A stretch of 64,000 nucleotides of DNA from Candidatus Krumholzibacteriota bacterium (GCA_963727455.1 CAVSGG010000009.1:288001-352000); one strand, 5' to 3'; shown: positions 41,848-50,920, counted from the first letter of the stretch. Notes: generated from the letters alone by a model not told the origin. Translations and numbers: made by a program.

Positions 41848-42435
41848 ATGTCCCTGGTCGGCAAGCAAGCCCCGGATTTCATTCTCGAGGGCTATTTCAA
41901 CAAAAATTTCGAGACCTTCAAACTCAGCGATTATCGCGGGAAGTGGGTCTATCTACTCTATTATCCGCTCGACTTCACCTTCGTGTGCCCCACGGAAGTA
42001 CTCGAGTTCAGCAAGATGGCCGCGGAGTTCCGCAAGTTGAACTGTGCTCTCTTCGGAATCTCCATCGACAGCAAGTTCGTCCACAAGGCCTGGGTGGATG
42101 GAAAGGCCGAGGATGGCGCTCTGGGTGGAAGCCTGGACTATCCTCTACTCGCGGACGTCACGAAGACGACGGCGGCCAACTACGGCGTCCTGCTGGAGGA
42201 GTCGGGAGTTGCCTTGCGCGGACTCTTCCTCATCAGCCCCGAGGGCGTCGTCATGCAGGAGACGATCAACAATCTCTCGGTCGGTCGTAACGCCAAGGAA
42301 GCAATCCGCTTGCTGAAAGCCTTCCAATACGTAACCAGCCACGAGGGCGAGGTGTGCCCCGCGGGCTGGGACGAAGGCGCGGACACCATGAAGGCCAGCT
42401 CAGAAGGCATGGCGGAGTATCTCAGCAGCCACTGA
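41848..42435 (+). CDS. ahpC: 2-Cys peroxiredoxin
   Basis: YPLDFTFVCPTE, GEVCPAGW; AGGAGG SD. Confidence 0.93.
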   Translation: MSLVGKQAPDFILEGYFNKNFETFKLSDYRGKWVYLLYYPLDFTFVCPTEVLEFSKMAAEFRKLNCALFGISIDSKFVHKAWVDGKAEDGALGGSLDYPLLADVTKTTAANYGVLLEESGVALRGLFLISPEGVVMQETINNLSVGRNAKEAIRLLKAFQYVTSHEGEVCPAGWDEGADTMKASSEGMAEYLSSH

Positions 42436-42454
42436 GGACGAATCCAGCGCGATG

Positions 42455-42483
42455 AAAACGGGCGGAGCCGAATGGTTCCGCCC
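42455..42483. terminator. Intrinsic terminator hairpin between convergent units
   Basis: GGGCGGAGCC-gaat-GGTTCCGCCC stem, with AAAA on the left (U-tract on minus strand). Confidence 0.6.
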
Positions 42484-42495
42484 TCCTTGCGTTGA

Positions 42496-42660
42496 TCTCC
42501 CACCGTCGAATTTTCGACCGATGAGACTGGCGCCATGGCGGACTCCACGACAACCGGTACTCTCATGCACGATTTTCTGGCGCCCTTCACGATCGTATTC
42601 GATGTGGGTTCTCGGCGGATCGCGTTCCTGCCACACGACGAGCCCGCAGCAGCGCCCTAG
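42496..42660 (+). pseudogene. Possible remnant of a retropepsin-like aspartyl protease C-terminus
   Basis: Short frame SPTVEFSTDETGAMADSTTTGTLMHDFLAPFTIVFDVGSRRIAFLP resembles the G-x-L-x-x-DFL-x-x-F-x-I-x-FD motif. Confidence 0.4.
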
Positions 42661-42938
42661 GGAATCTCGAGTTCCGCCAAGCGCTGCAAACTGCGCACGC
42701 GCTCTGTGGGGACGACCACGCGCGGTATTTCGCCGCGCTGGCCCACCATGCTCACTCGCTGTAGGTATTCCTGGCGGCTCGATGCGTTCTCTCCTTCAAC
42801 GTGGGCCTCCACGTCCAGAAGAACGACTTGCTTCGCAGTGATGGTGTCACAGCGTCCGACGAAGAGCTCCGGCCCATCGGTCACGACGACCACGGTGATC
42901 CCGTGCAGCTCTCCTTTGTCGTGGTGAAAGGTCCCCAC
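42657..42938 (-). CDS. Conserved small hypothetical protein downstream of bacilliredoxin
   Basis: 93 aa, GGAGAG SD, MGTFH...LHGITVVV...VGRC. Confidence 0.75.
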   Translation of the reverse strand: MGTFHHDKGELHGITVVVVTDGPELFVGRCDTITAKQVVLLDVEAHVEGENASSRQEYLQRVSMVGQRGEIPRVVVPTERVRSLQRLAELEIP

Positions 42939-42964
42939 GCGGTCTCTCCTGAGCTTCGTGCTCC

Positions 42965-43390
42965 CTAGGCCGTCACGCAGTGCTTCTGGAAGGCCTCGGT
43001 GAGTTCCTGTGCGATCTCTTGCGCGCTGCGACTCTCGATACGATGCCGGGGCAAGAAGTGCACGATCTCGCCGTTCTTGAACATCACCATGCTGGGGCTA
43101 CTCGGGGGAAACTCAGCGAAATGGGAGCGAGCCTGCGCGGTGGCCTCCACATCCTGTCCCGCGAAGACGGTGGCGACTCGGGCCGGACGCGCCGCATGCT
43201 GCAGAGCGAGCGCCACCGCGGGCCGCGCTTGGCCGGCGGCACAGCCGCAAACGCTGTTGATGATGAGGAGTCCGGGGCTGTCGTTCTCGGCTATCCACTC
43301 GTCCACCGCTGCGGCAGTGGTCAATTCCTGAACTCCGAGACGAGTGAGCTCCTCACGCATGGGAGCTACGAGCTGCGGATCGTACGGCAT
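42965..43390 (-). CDS. BrxA/BrxB bacilliredoxin
   Basis: NSVCGCAAGQARP, TVFAGQD, PPSSPS. Confidence 0.92.
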   Translation of the reverse strand: MPYDPQLVAPMREELTRLGVQELTTAAAVDEWIAENDSPGLLIINSVCGCAAGQARPAVALALQHAARPARVATVFAGQDVEATAQARSHFAEFPPSSPSMVMFKNGEIVHFLPRHRIESRSAQEIAQELTEAFQKHCVTA

Positions 43391-43622
43391 GCAAATCACT
43401 CCTTGTGAACAAGCGCGGCCGAGGCTGCGGTATTGAAAACCGATTTCAATCCCCCACTAACTACGCCAAAAAGGCCTGCGCGGCAAGGCATACCGAGCTT
43501 TGGACTTGCCAAATTCGGTGCTTGTGATCTTCCTTTGCGGTCAGGGAAGCGGGAACAGGCCGGAGCCTGGTGCGTTTCAGACAGTGGGAGAATCCAGAGT
43601 CCTCCCCAAGGGGAAGGGAACC

Positions 43623-44348
43623 ATGATGGACCAATCGCGTTCCTTCGATCTTCAAGAGCGCCAACGCATCCTGAGCCACAGCTCGGTGGAGGCGCGAACT
43701 TCCTTTCTGAGCCAGGTCTACGCCTGGATGTGCACCGGACTGGTGGTGACCGCTCTCACCGCCTGGGGCCTGCTCCAGAACCGCGAACTGATGGCCCAGC
43801 TGGTGGGAGGCCAGGGTCGCTTTCTGCTTCTGATCGGGCTCCAGCTCGGAGCGGTGATCGTCCTGGCCGCAGCCTTCCAAAGACTCTCCTTCGCTGCGGC
43901 GGCCGGGCTCTTCCTGCTCTATTCGGCGCTGACCGGGGTGACCTTTTCCACCCTCTTCCTCGTCTACACCGGAGCCAGCATCGCCTCGGTGTTCTTCATT
44001 ACCGCCGGCACCTTCGGCGCGGTTAGTTTTTACGGTATGACGACCAAGCGCGATCTGTCTGGCTGGGGCTCCTATCTCTTCATGGGCCTCATCGGCATCA
44101 TCGTGGCTTCGGTGGTCAATCTCTTCCTGCACAGCGATGGACTGACGATGGCGGTTTCCTATCTGGCCGTCTTGATCTTCACCGGTCTGACTGCGTACGA
44201 CACCCAACGTCTGATGCTCGTGCACGAATCAGGGCGGGCCCACGGACGCGCGGGATCGAAGTTGGCAGTCTACGGCGCGCTGCAACTCTATCTCGATTTC
44301 ATCAACCTCTTCCTGGCGCTGCTACGCATCATGGGCCGGCGACGCTAA
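43623..44348 (+). CDS. Bax inhibitor-1/YccA family membrane protein
   Basis: VYAWM, FLLYSALTG, LTAYDTQR, GALQLYLDFINLFL. Confidence 0.92.
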   Translation: MMDQSRSFDLQERQRILSHSSVEARTSFLSQVYAWMCTGLVVTALTAWGLLQNRELMAQLVGGQGRFLLLIGLQLGAVIVLAAAFQRLSFAAAAGLFLLYSALTGVTFSTLFLVYTGASIASVFFITAGTFGAVSFYGMTTKRDLSGWGSYLFMGLIGIIVASVVNLFLHSDGLTMAVSYLAVLIFTGLTAYDTQRLMLVHESGRAHGRAGSKLAVYGALQLYLDFINLFLALLRIMGRRR

Positions 44349-44361
44349 AAGCGAGGGCCGC

Positions 44362-45612
44362 TCAGGGAGTTTGCGGGCTCTCCACCAAGCGATGGATCTT
44401 TCCCTGCGCGGCATATTCCAATACGTAGAGACTGCCGTCGGCTCCCAGGCCGAAGGAGGAGATTCGGAAGGGCGCGTCCAGGAGTTTCTTCAGATCCTGA
44501 CCCTCATGGTCGATGGCCCAGATGCGTCCGGAGGAATAGTCGCCAAAGACGTAGCGGCCCTCCAGCGTACTCAGACTGGCTCCACGTACCACGTAGCCGC
44601 CAGTGATCGCGGCGTTGCCTTCGGTGTGGGGATATTCGTACAGGGGATCCAGAAAGGGCCCAGCCGAGGCACACTGTGGAGAGGGGCCGCCTGGAGGCCC
44701 CAAATAGTCGTGGGCTCCCTCGCGACAATCCCAACCGTAATTGCCGCCGTTGACGATGCGATCGACCTCCTCCCACTCTCCCTGCCCCACTTCTCCCGCC
44801 CAGAGTTCGCCTCTTGTGGCGTCGTACGAGATGCGCCACGGATTGCGTAATCCGTAGGCGAAGATCTCTTCCCTGAAGCCCTCGCCATTGCCCACGAAGG
44901 GGTTGTCGGGCGGTATCCCGTAGTAAGGTGGGGTGCTCTCGTTGGCTCCTACGTCGATGCGCAGGATCGAGCCGAGATACTGGGTACGGTCCTGGGCGGA
45001 GTCGATAGGATTTCCGCCGCCACCCCCGTCGCCCAGACTCAAGTAGAGTTCGTTCCCCTGGCCGAAGCACATCCCGCCGCCGTTGTGGTTGGAAAAGGGT
45101 TCATCGAACTCCCTGAGGACCACCTCGCTGGAAGCCTGTGCGCTGAGTCCGTCACTCTCCGCGGTGAAGCGCGAGAGACGACCGTGATAGCCCGACGCAT
45201 CGGAAGTCGTGTAGTACACGTAGAACCAACGGGAGCTCTCGTAATCGGGGCGAAAGGCCAGACCCAACAACCCCAGCTCGCTGGACGCACTGGCGACGCT
45301 GTCGGCGATGTCCAGGAAGACCTTCGCGCTCGAAGAGTCGCCAGGATCGAGCACGAGGATCTTGCCCCGCTTCTCCACCACGAATAGCCGCTGGCCCAGA
45401 CCCGGGGCCGCGTACAGTCCGACCGGGTTCTCCAAGCTGAGCTGGGGATAGACGGTCTGAAGTTCATACTGGTAGACCTTGGGCGCGTCAGGAGTCGGGG
45501 ACACGGAGTCCGAGCAGCCGGAAACGGAGCCGACGAACAGGAGCATTCCGCAAGCGATGAAGAGAACGACGCGCGGCAAGGGGCAGCGAAGCGTGCGCGG
45601 GCGAGACGACAC
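44362..45612 (-). CDS. PQQ-dependent sugar/sorbosone dehydrogenase family lipoprotein
   Basis: Lipobox VSGC; GLLGLAF, NHNGG, GDGG, YGLRNPWR, GNYGW. Confidence 0.88.
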   Translation of the reverse strand: MSSRPRTLRCPLPRVVLFIACGMLLFVGSVSGCSDSVSPTPDAPKVYQYELQTVYPQLSLENPVGLYAAPGLGQRLFVVEKRGKILVLDPGDSSSAKVFLDIADSVASASSELGLLGLAFRPDYESSRWFYVYYTTSDASGYHGRLSRFTAESDGLSAQASSEVVLREFDEPFSNHNGGGMCFGQGNELYLSLGDGGGGGNPIDSAQDRTQYLGSILRIDVGANESTPPYYGIPPDNPFVGNGEGFREEIFAYGLRNPWRISYDATRGELWAGEVGQGEWEEVDRIVNGGNYGWDCREGAHDYLGPPGGPSPQCASAGPFLDPLYEYPHTEGNAAITGGYVVRGASLSTLEGRYVFGDYSSGRIWAIDHEGQDLKKLLDAPFRISSFGLGADGSLYVLEYAAQGKIHRLVESPQTP

Positions 45613-45708
45613 GAAGGGGCCTTTCGGCTGGGGAGAATCCAGACACAGTCTAGGCGAATCTTCGCGAAACTGCGCCTGCCGGCCTGCTGGGCGCAGTCAA
45701 AGTCAGAA

Positions 45709-48321
45709 CTACTGTCCTCCTCCGTCGTGGATTTCGATGGGGTCTGCGCGCAGAACGGGCTGCCCCGGCGACTGAAAGAGATCGCGCAGGAAACGCAGCT
45801 CCTGCTCGCTCAAGCCCATCCACGGACCCAGCGGGCGCACCGGACCCCCGGAGAGGGGATCGAGCGTGAGCTTTGCCTGCAGCGAGGGAAGCAAGTCCGG
45901 CCAAAGCGCGGCCAGATTGAAGGCTCCCAGACCGGGTCCCTCCAGCAAAGTCACCGGCTGCTGGGCGGGAATGCCCGCCATCTCCTTCGCGATACCAATC
46001 GCTGACCACAGTCCCCCGATCTCATCCACGAGTCCCTCGCGCACCCCGCGCGTCCCGCTCCAAATGCGCCCCTGCCCCACCGAATCGACGTGCGCTTCGC
46101 TCAGGCCTCTCCCCGTGGCCACCTGGCTCACGAAATCGCCATACATGGCGCGGATGATCTTCTCCACCCGCTCCTTCTCCATCTCGTCGAGGGGACGGTG
46201 CGGCACCGCCACGTCGAGGAAAGGAAGCACGATGCCACCGCCCATGTCGGCATGCGCGCCCCGTTGGACCTGACTGTAGTCGAAACCGATTTTCTTGGAG
46301 AAGCCATTGTCGTAAATCCAGCCCCCGATGACCCCGATGCTGCCGGTAAGGGTGAGAGGAGACGCGAGCAGGGAATCACAGTACATGCTGATCCAGTATC
46401 CGCCGGAGGCGGCGACGTTCCCCTGGCTGACGACGACTGGCTTTTCCTTCATCGTCTTGCGCATTTCTCGCGCGACCATGTCGCTGGGAAGGGGATCTCC
46501 GCCCGGAGAGTCGACGCGCAGGATCACCGCCTTGACCGCCGGGTCCTGCCGCGCTTGCTCGATCTGTTTGCTCAAGCGACGTCCTTCGATCCCTTTGTCC
46601 ATCGCGCACTCTCCGATGGCGTACAGGACCGCGATTCTATCCGGTTCGCCCCACTCGGCTCGCCGCCAACGCGGATCACCCGTGACACTCAGCAGAGCGT
46701 GCTCGCGCGCGGAGTGCGGGGACGGGGCCTGGGACTTCCCATCCTTCTCGGCGCCTTTGCGGGCTTCTTCATAGCTCCCCAACTTATCAACCAGGTGCAG
46801 CTGAAGCGCTTCGGGCGCTCTCAGGAAACCGCGGGTATCCACGATCTCGTCGAAGTTCTGGGCGCTCAAACCGCGGGCGGAACAAATCAGGGACCGTGCC
46901 TCTTCGTAGTAGTCGTCCAGGAGTGCCTGACGCTGCTCTCTGTCCGCCTCGCTCTGTGAGCTACGGGAGAGCACTTCGAACGCGGATTTGTACTTGAAGT
47001 AGCGCCAGGCCTCGACGCCCAGACCGAGCTTGGTCAGCGCGTTGTGGTAGTAGGTCTTGCCCCAGCTCAGTCCGCGCAGATCCAGATCGCCTTGTGGGTC
47101 GAGCCAGATCTCATCCGCACAACTCGCCAGCATGGTTCCCATGAGCGTCAGGCGATCGGCGTAGACCACGACGGTCTTTCCGCGCGCCCGGAATTCCTCG
47201 AGCTGTTTCCTCAGCTCCCAGAGCATGGCGCTGCTGATGTGCATGCCGGAGAGATTGAGCACGAGCCGGTCGACTCGCGGTTCATCGGCCCAATCGGAGA
47301 TACGTCTGAGAGTCGACAGGAAGGTGTTGCGATCGTCGAAATAGCGATATCGGCGATAGGGCATGGTTCCCTTCAGCGAGAGTTCCACCGTGGAACCGCT
47401 GCCCAAAGCGCCGCGCCACAGACGCAGTGGCGCATCCACTTGGGCGCCGAGCTGTACCGAGTGAACCTCTTGCAACACCCGGTTCTCATCCAATTCCACG
47501 ATCGAGCCGGCTTGCGATCCGCCGTCGAAACTCAAGGCAAGTCCAAAACCAAAGACTCCCCCGTCGCGGTAGCGCACGCTGGCGCGTAGGCCGGGGACGA
47601 TCTGACTCTCGATTCCCAGGCCACTGCGCCACTGCGCTTTCTTCGAGTCATCGGGGCGAGCGCTCAACTCACCGAAGAAAGTCCAGGCTGGCCCGAAGGG
47701 TCGAAGTCCCAGATCGGTCTGGCCCGCGAGGTCTCCCGTCTGCAGGTCCCAGTCGCCGCTGAGCCCAAAGGAAGCGAAGCGACGTCGCTCGATGAGTCCC
47801 GCGCTCAGGCGGCGATGACGCGGCATCAGGTCCCGATCGCCGCCGGCCCAGGAGTACGCCAGCCCGAGCGCATGGGAGCGGTCGCCTCCACTTAGGGCGA
47901 GGGAATACTCGTTCACGGTGGGAAGATCCACCGTCAGATCCTGCAAGAACGGTGAGCCGCTCGAGCTTCCGTCGAAGTCGAAGCGCCGGTAGGAAAAACT
48001 CAAGACGGGCAAGGAGACGATGGCGGCTAGATCGTGAGACTCCAACAGGAGAGGGCGATCGAAGGGGTGCGCGCTGAGCTGCTCGTTCCGCTTCCAGCCG
48101 AAGTAGATTCCCGACCTGGACCCGGTGCCGAAAGCCGCTGGATTGAAGAGCCCCGCCGCCAAGCTGGAGGACATTCCCGGCGGGCTCGAAAGCCAGCTCG
48201 ACTCCGTGGCGTAGTCGGGGAGGCCGTCGTCCTTTGCTGCCCGCGCAAAGCTCGCGGGAAACGACACGAGAAGCAAGCTCACGAGGCAAAGTAGCGGCGA
48301 ATACGGACCTGGGCTTCGCAT
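45709..48321 (-). CDS. sppA: S49 (SppA-like) peptidase with N-terminal predicted beta-barrel
   Basis: YKSA, RVDSPGG, AASGGY, TGSIGV, GRIWSG, GLVDEIGG; about 300-aa amphipathic beta-strand N-terminal region after the signal peptide. Confidence 0.82.
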   Translation of the reverse strand: MRSPGPYSPLLCLVSLLLVSFPASFARAAKDDGLPDYATESSWLSSPPGMSSSLAAGLFNPAAFGTGSRSGIYFGWKRNEQLSAHPFDRPLLLESHDLAAIVSLPVLSFSYRRFDFDGSSSGSPFLQDLTVDLPTVNEYSLALSGGDRSHALGLAYSWAGGDRDLMPRHRRLSAGLIERRRFASFGLSGDWDLQTGDLAGQTDLGLRPFGPAWTFFGELSARPDDSKKAQWRSGLGIESQIVPGLRASVRYRDGGVFGFGLALSFDGGSQAGSIVELDENRVLQEVHSVQLGAQVDAPLRLWRGALGSGSTVELSLKGTMPYRRYRYFDDRNTFLSTLRRISDWADEPRVDRLVLNLSGMHISSAMLWELRKQLEEFRARGKTVVVYADRLTLMGTMLASCADEIWLDPQGDLDLRGLSWGKTYYHNALTKLGLGVEAWRYFKYKSAFEVLSRSSQSEADREQRQALLDDYYEEARSLICSARGLSAQNFDEIVDTRGFLRAPEALQLHLVDKLGSYEEARKGAEKDGKSQAPSPHSAREHALLSVTGDPRWRRAEWGEPDRIAVLYAIGECAMDKGIEGRRLSKQIEQARQDPAVKAVILRVDSPGGDPLPSDMVAREMRKTMKEKPVVVSQGNVAASGGYWISMYCDSLLASPLTLTGSIGVIGGWIYDNGFSKKIGFDYSQVQRGAHADMGGGIVLPFLDVAVPHRPLDEMEKERVEKIIRAMYGDFVSQVATGRGLSEAHVDSVGQGRIWSGTRGVREGLVDEIGGLWSAIGIAKEMAGIPAQQPVTLLEGPGLGAFNLAALWPDLLPSLQAKLTLDPLSGGPVRPLGPWMGLSEQELRFLRDLFQSPGQPVLRADPIEIHDGGGQ

Positions 48322-48459
48322 CTCTCTCGCTTCCTGGTACCCGGTGGTGGTTTCGCTGCGGAGCCTAAGACTTTCGCGCCTCTCGGGCAAGACGAGCTGT
48401 CACTTGCCGGATGAGGACAGTGCGGGCATGCTCACTCCCCCGCAGAAAAGGAGACAGCC

Positions 48460-49146
48460 ATGCATCCTTCACGTAGTCTCGCGCTGTTCTCTCTCGCCTT
48501 CGCCTTCTTTCTATTGAGCCCGGCCTACCTCGTGGCCTCCGCGCCTCCTCACGGGCTGCTGCGCGTCGGGGACCTACTTGACATGCTCACTCCTCTGGCG
48601 CTCTTGCCGCTCTACGCTCTCCTCTTGTACCAACGCCACGGGGCTTGGCCCCGATGGCCCAAAATGATTTTGTTCTTGGTGCTCTCGGCTCTCTGGGTCG
48701 AAGGGCATTCGATGCACCTGGCCGCGAACGCGTTGGGGCACTTGCTCGACGCACGGCCGCTCACCGCGGCTTATCGCCTGGATTATTTTCTGGACGAACA
48801 CCTGAGCCACGTGCTGTGGCATGCCGCTATCATCCTGCTCGCAGTCCTGCTCTTGGTCCAAGCCAAACGCGAAGAAGTAGATTCGCCGGTGAGCTGCATC
48901 GTGGGCGCGGTGCCCTATGGCTTCAGCTACTTCGCGATCACGGTGGAAGGACAGACTGCGGCGCTAGGAATCCTCGCGGCGTTCGCACTCTCGGGGTGGA
49001 TCGCTTCGAGCTTCAAAGAGCGAAAGAAGGATGCGTACTCCGTCTTCTTTCTCTCAGCGCATCTGCTTGCACTCGCACTCTATCTGCTTTGGTACCTCAT
49101 GCACGGGGGACTGCCGCAATTCAGCGAAGTGGGACTGCTAAAATGA
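48460..49146 (+). CDS. Membrane protein resembling eukaryotic CLN6
   Basis: VGD...TP, GHSMHLAANALGH, YFLDEHLSHVLW, TVEGQ in the same order as CLN6 motifs; AAGGAG SD. Confidence 0.6.
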   Translation: MHPSRSLALFSLAFAFFLLSPAYLVASAPPHGLLRVGDLLDMLTPLALLPLYALLLYQRHGAWPRWPKMILFLVLSALWVEGHSMHLAANALGHLLDARPLTAAYRLDYFLDEHLSHVLWHAAIILLAVLLLVQAKREEVDSPVSCIVGAVPYGFSYFAITVEGQTAALGILAAFALSGWIASSFKERKKDAYSVFFLSAHLLALALYLLWYLMHGGLPQFSEVGLLK

Positions 49147-49270
49147 AGAAGAATGCTAACAGCAGCAACGAGAAGAGACCGCCCCCGATGGGAACGGTCT
49201 CTTGTTCGCGCTGCCGGCGCGACGCAGCTAACAGAAGGCGTGCGCCGTGGGAGCAGGAAAACTCGGGCTT

Positions 49271-49537
49271 TTACATGCTCACGAAATCGTGGGCACGTAC
49301 TGTTTTGCGGCCATTCGCCTTGGCGCGCTTCGCGGCCTGCTCGATGTACCAGTAGACAATGCCATTGAGACCATCGAGAGCGTCTCCGGCAACGTTGACC
49401 CCGTAGTTCTTGAGCGCGACTTTCGTCTTGCTTCCCACGAGCAACATCTCCATGGCGGCCTTCCTGGAAGCGGCCTTTTTTCTCGCCGTCTTCTTCTTGG
49501 CGGTCTTCCTCTTGGCAGCGGTCTTCTTCTTGGCCAC
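49271..49537 (-). CDS. Bacterial histone-fold protein with Lys/Arg-rich N-terminal tail
   Basis: AAGGAGG SD 6 nt before GTG at 49537; core LLVGSKTK...GDALDGLN...AAKRAKANGRKTVRAHDF carries the RKTVxxxD histone-fold signature. Confidence 0.9.
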   Translation of the reverse strand: MAKKKTAAKRKTAKKKTARKKAASRKAAMEMLLVGSKTKVALKNYGVNVAGDALDGLNGIVYWYIEQAAKRAKANGRKTVRAHDFVSM

Positions 49538-49777
49538 AGTGGGCCTCCTTGGGTTTTGATTGTCAAACGAGGAGCCGGCACCACACCGGTCCTTCACGAT
49601 CGACAACGAGTCCGAGGGAAGTCCTACCCTTGGTGCAGTGCACCGTGATGGAGTGGGGTCCCATTGCGACCCGTGCGCTGTAAGAGCCGGAAATAACTCA
49701 ATCGCGCCACGACGGCAAGCGTTTTCGCGAGAACTCGTCCCACCGCGAGCGATGTTGCCTCGGCTTGGGCACCAAAC

Positions 49778-50920
49778 TCAGTGGGCGGCTGCCTCGCTCG
49801 CGGCCACGGATTTGCGAATCGCGACCAACTCGAGGTGCAGGATAAGCGGACTGTTTGGAGGAACGACTCCCGGGATACCCCGAACTCCGAATCCAAGCTT
49901 CGCGGGAAGAAAGACCCAGCGCTCCTCCCCCACCTGCATTTTCAGGAAATTCATCTCCCACTGCAGACCTCTGCGAGGCTCGCCGGCCACCAACACCTCG
50001 GGCTTTCCGTCCTGATACGTCGATTCCACCACTTTCCCGTCGGGAAGGTAGCAGGCGTAATTCACCACGATGGTCTGTCCCTTCTTCGGCTTCTCGCCAT
50101 TTCCACTCACGGTCTTGACCATGCGGCTGCCATCATCTTGCTTGCGTGATTTCTTGCGCAGTGGATCGACCCTCTCTTGGAAGCGCTGCGTGTGCAACCG
50201 GGCGAGTTGGGTCGCATCCAGGTCCTTGAGCTCTTGAAACGTGGCCTCGGCATCGAACTCTTGCGCCGCTTTCCCGCGCCGGATGATCTTCACCGACCGC
50301 AAGTGCACATCCTCCTCGGGTTTGTTGTCATTGGTGGGTACCGAAGAAATCGCGGAGACGACATCCATTCCCATCACCACGCGCCCGAAAATGCTGAATC
50401 GCCGATCGAGCTCGGACTCACGCTTCTCGGTGATGAAGAACTGGCTTCCGTTGGTGTTGGGACCCTGATTGGCCATGGCCAGGACTCCGGGACGATCAAA
50501 ACTGAGGCCCGGTACGATCTCATCGCGAAAGCGGTAGCCGGGTCCGCCGGTACCACGCCCGGTGGGATCGCCGGACTGGATGAGAAAGCCACCGATCACC
50601 CGGTGGAAGGTCAGACCGTCGTAGAAGGGTTGCTTCGTCGATTCGTCGGATTGCCCATCGACGCCGCTCCTGGTTCCCTCAGCGAGGCCCACGAAATTGG
50701 CGACCGTGAGGGGGACTCGCTGGAAGAAGAGCTTACATACGATGACGCCCAGATCGGTCTGGAGCACTGCGTACAGACCGTCGGCGGCGGTCGCTTCCTC
50801 CACCGTACCGTAACTCGGACCTGTCGCCTCGTCGGTGGCATTCTGCGCGTGAACGGGGCTTCTCAGTGGAAGGAGAAGCAACACGACGCAAAGGAAGACT
50901 CTTGCAGAAGCGCGGTGCAT
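49778..50920 (-). CDS. Exported dual cyclophilin + FKBP peptidyl-prolyl isomerase
   Basis: FHRVI, QSGDPTGRGTGGPGY, LAMAN, NGSQFFIT; C-terminal FKBP-like LGFG...VPPNSPLILHLEL. Confidence 0.9.
   Translation of the reverse strand: MHRASARVFLCVVLLLLPLRSPVHAQNATDEATGPSYGTVEEATAADGLYAVLQTDLGVIVCKLFFQRVPLTVANFVGLAEGTRSGVDGQSDESTKQPFYDGLTFHRVIGGFLIQSGDPTGRGTGGPGYRFRDEIVPGLSFDRPGVLAMANQGPNTNGSQFFITEKRESELDRRFSIFGRVVMGMDVVSAISSVPTNDNKPEEDVHLRSVKIIRRGKAAQEFDAEATFQELKDLDATQLARLHTQRFQERVDPLRKKSRKQDDGSRMVKTVSGNGEKPKKGQTIVVNYACYLPDGKVVESTYQDGKPEVLVAGEPRRGLQWEMNFLKMQVGEERWVFLPAKLGFGVRGIPGVVPPNSPLILHLELVAIRKSVAASEAAAH

Noticed and set aside
49271-49606. ORF-track 111-aa version of the histone gene
   Set aside because: The upstream start lacks an SD; the AAGGAGG at 49544-49550 points to GTG at 49537.
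49778-50920. PPIase as a histone-tail isomerase partner
   Set aside because: It has a signal peptide, the tail has no proline and a 240-bp gap separates the genes; cyclophilin-FKBP fusions are already known.
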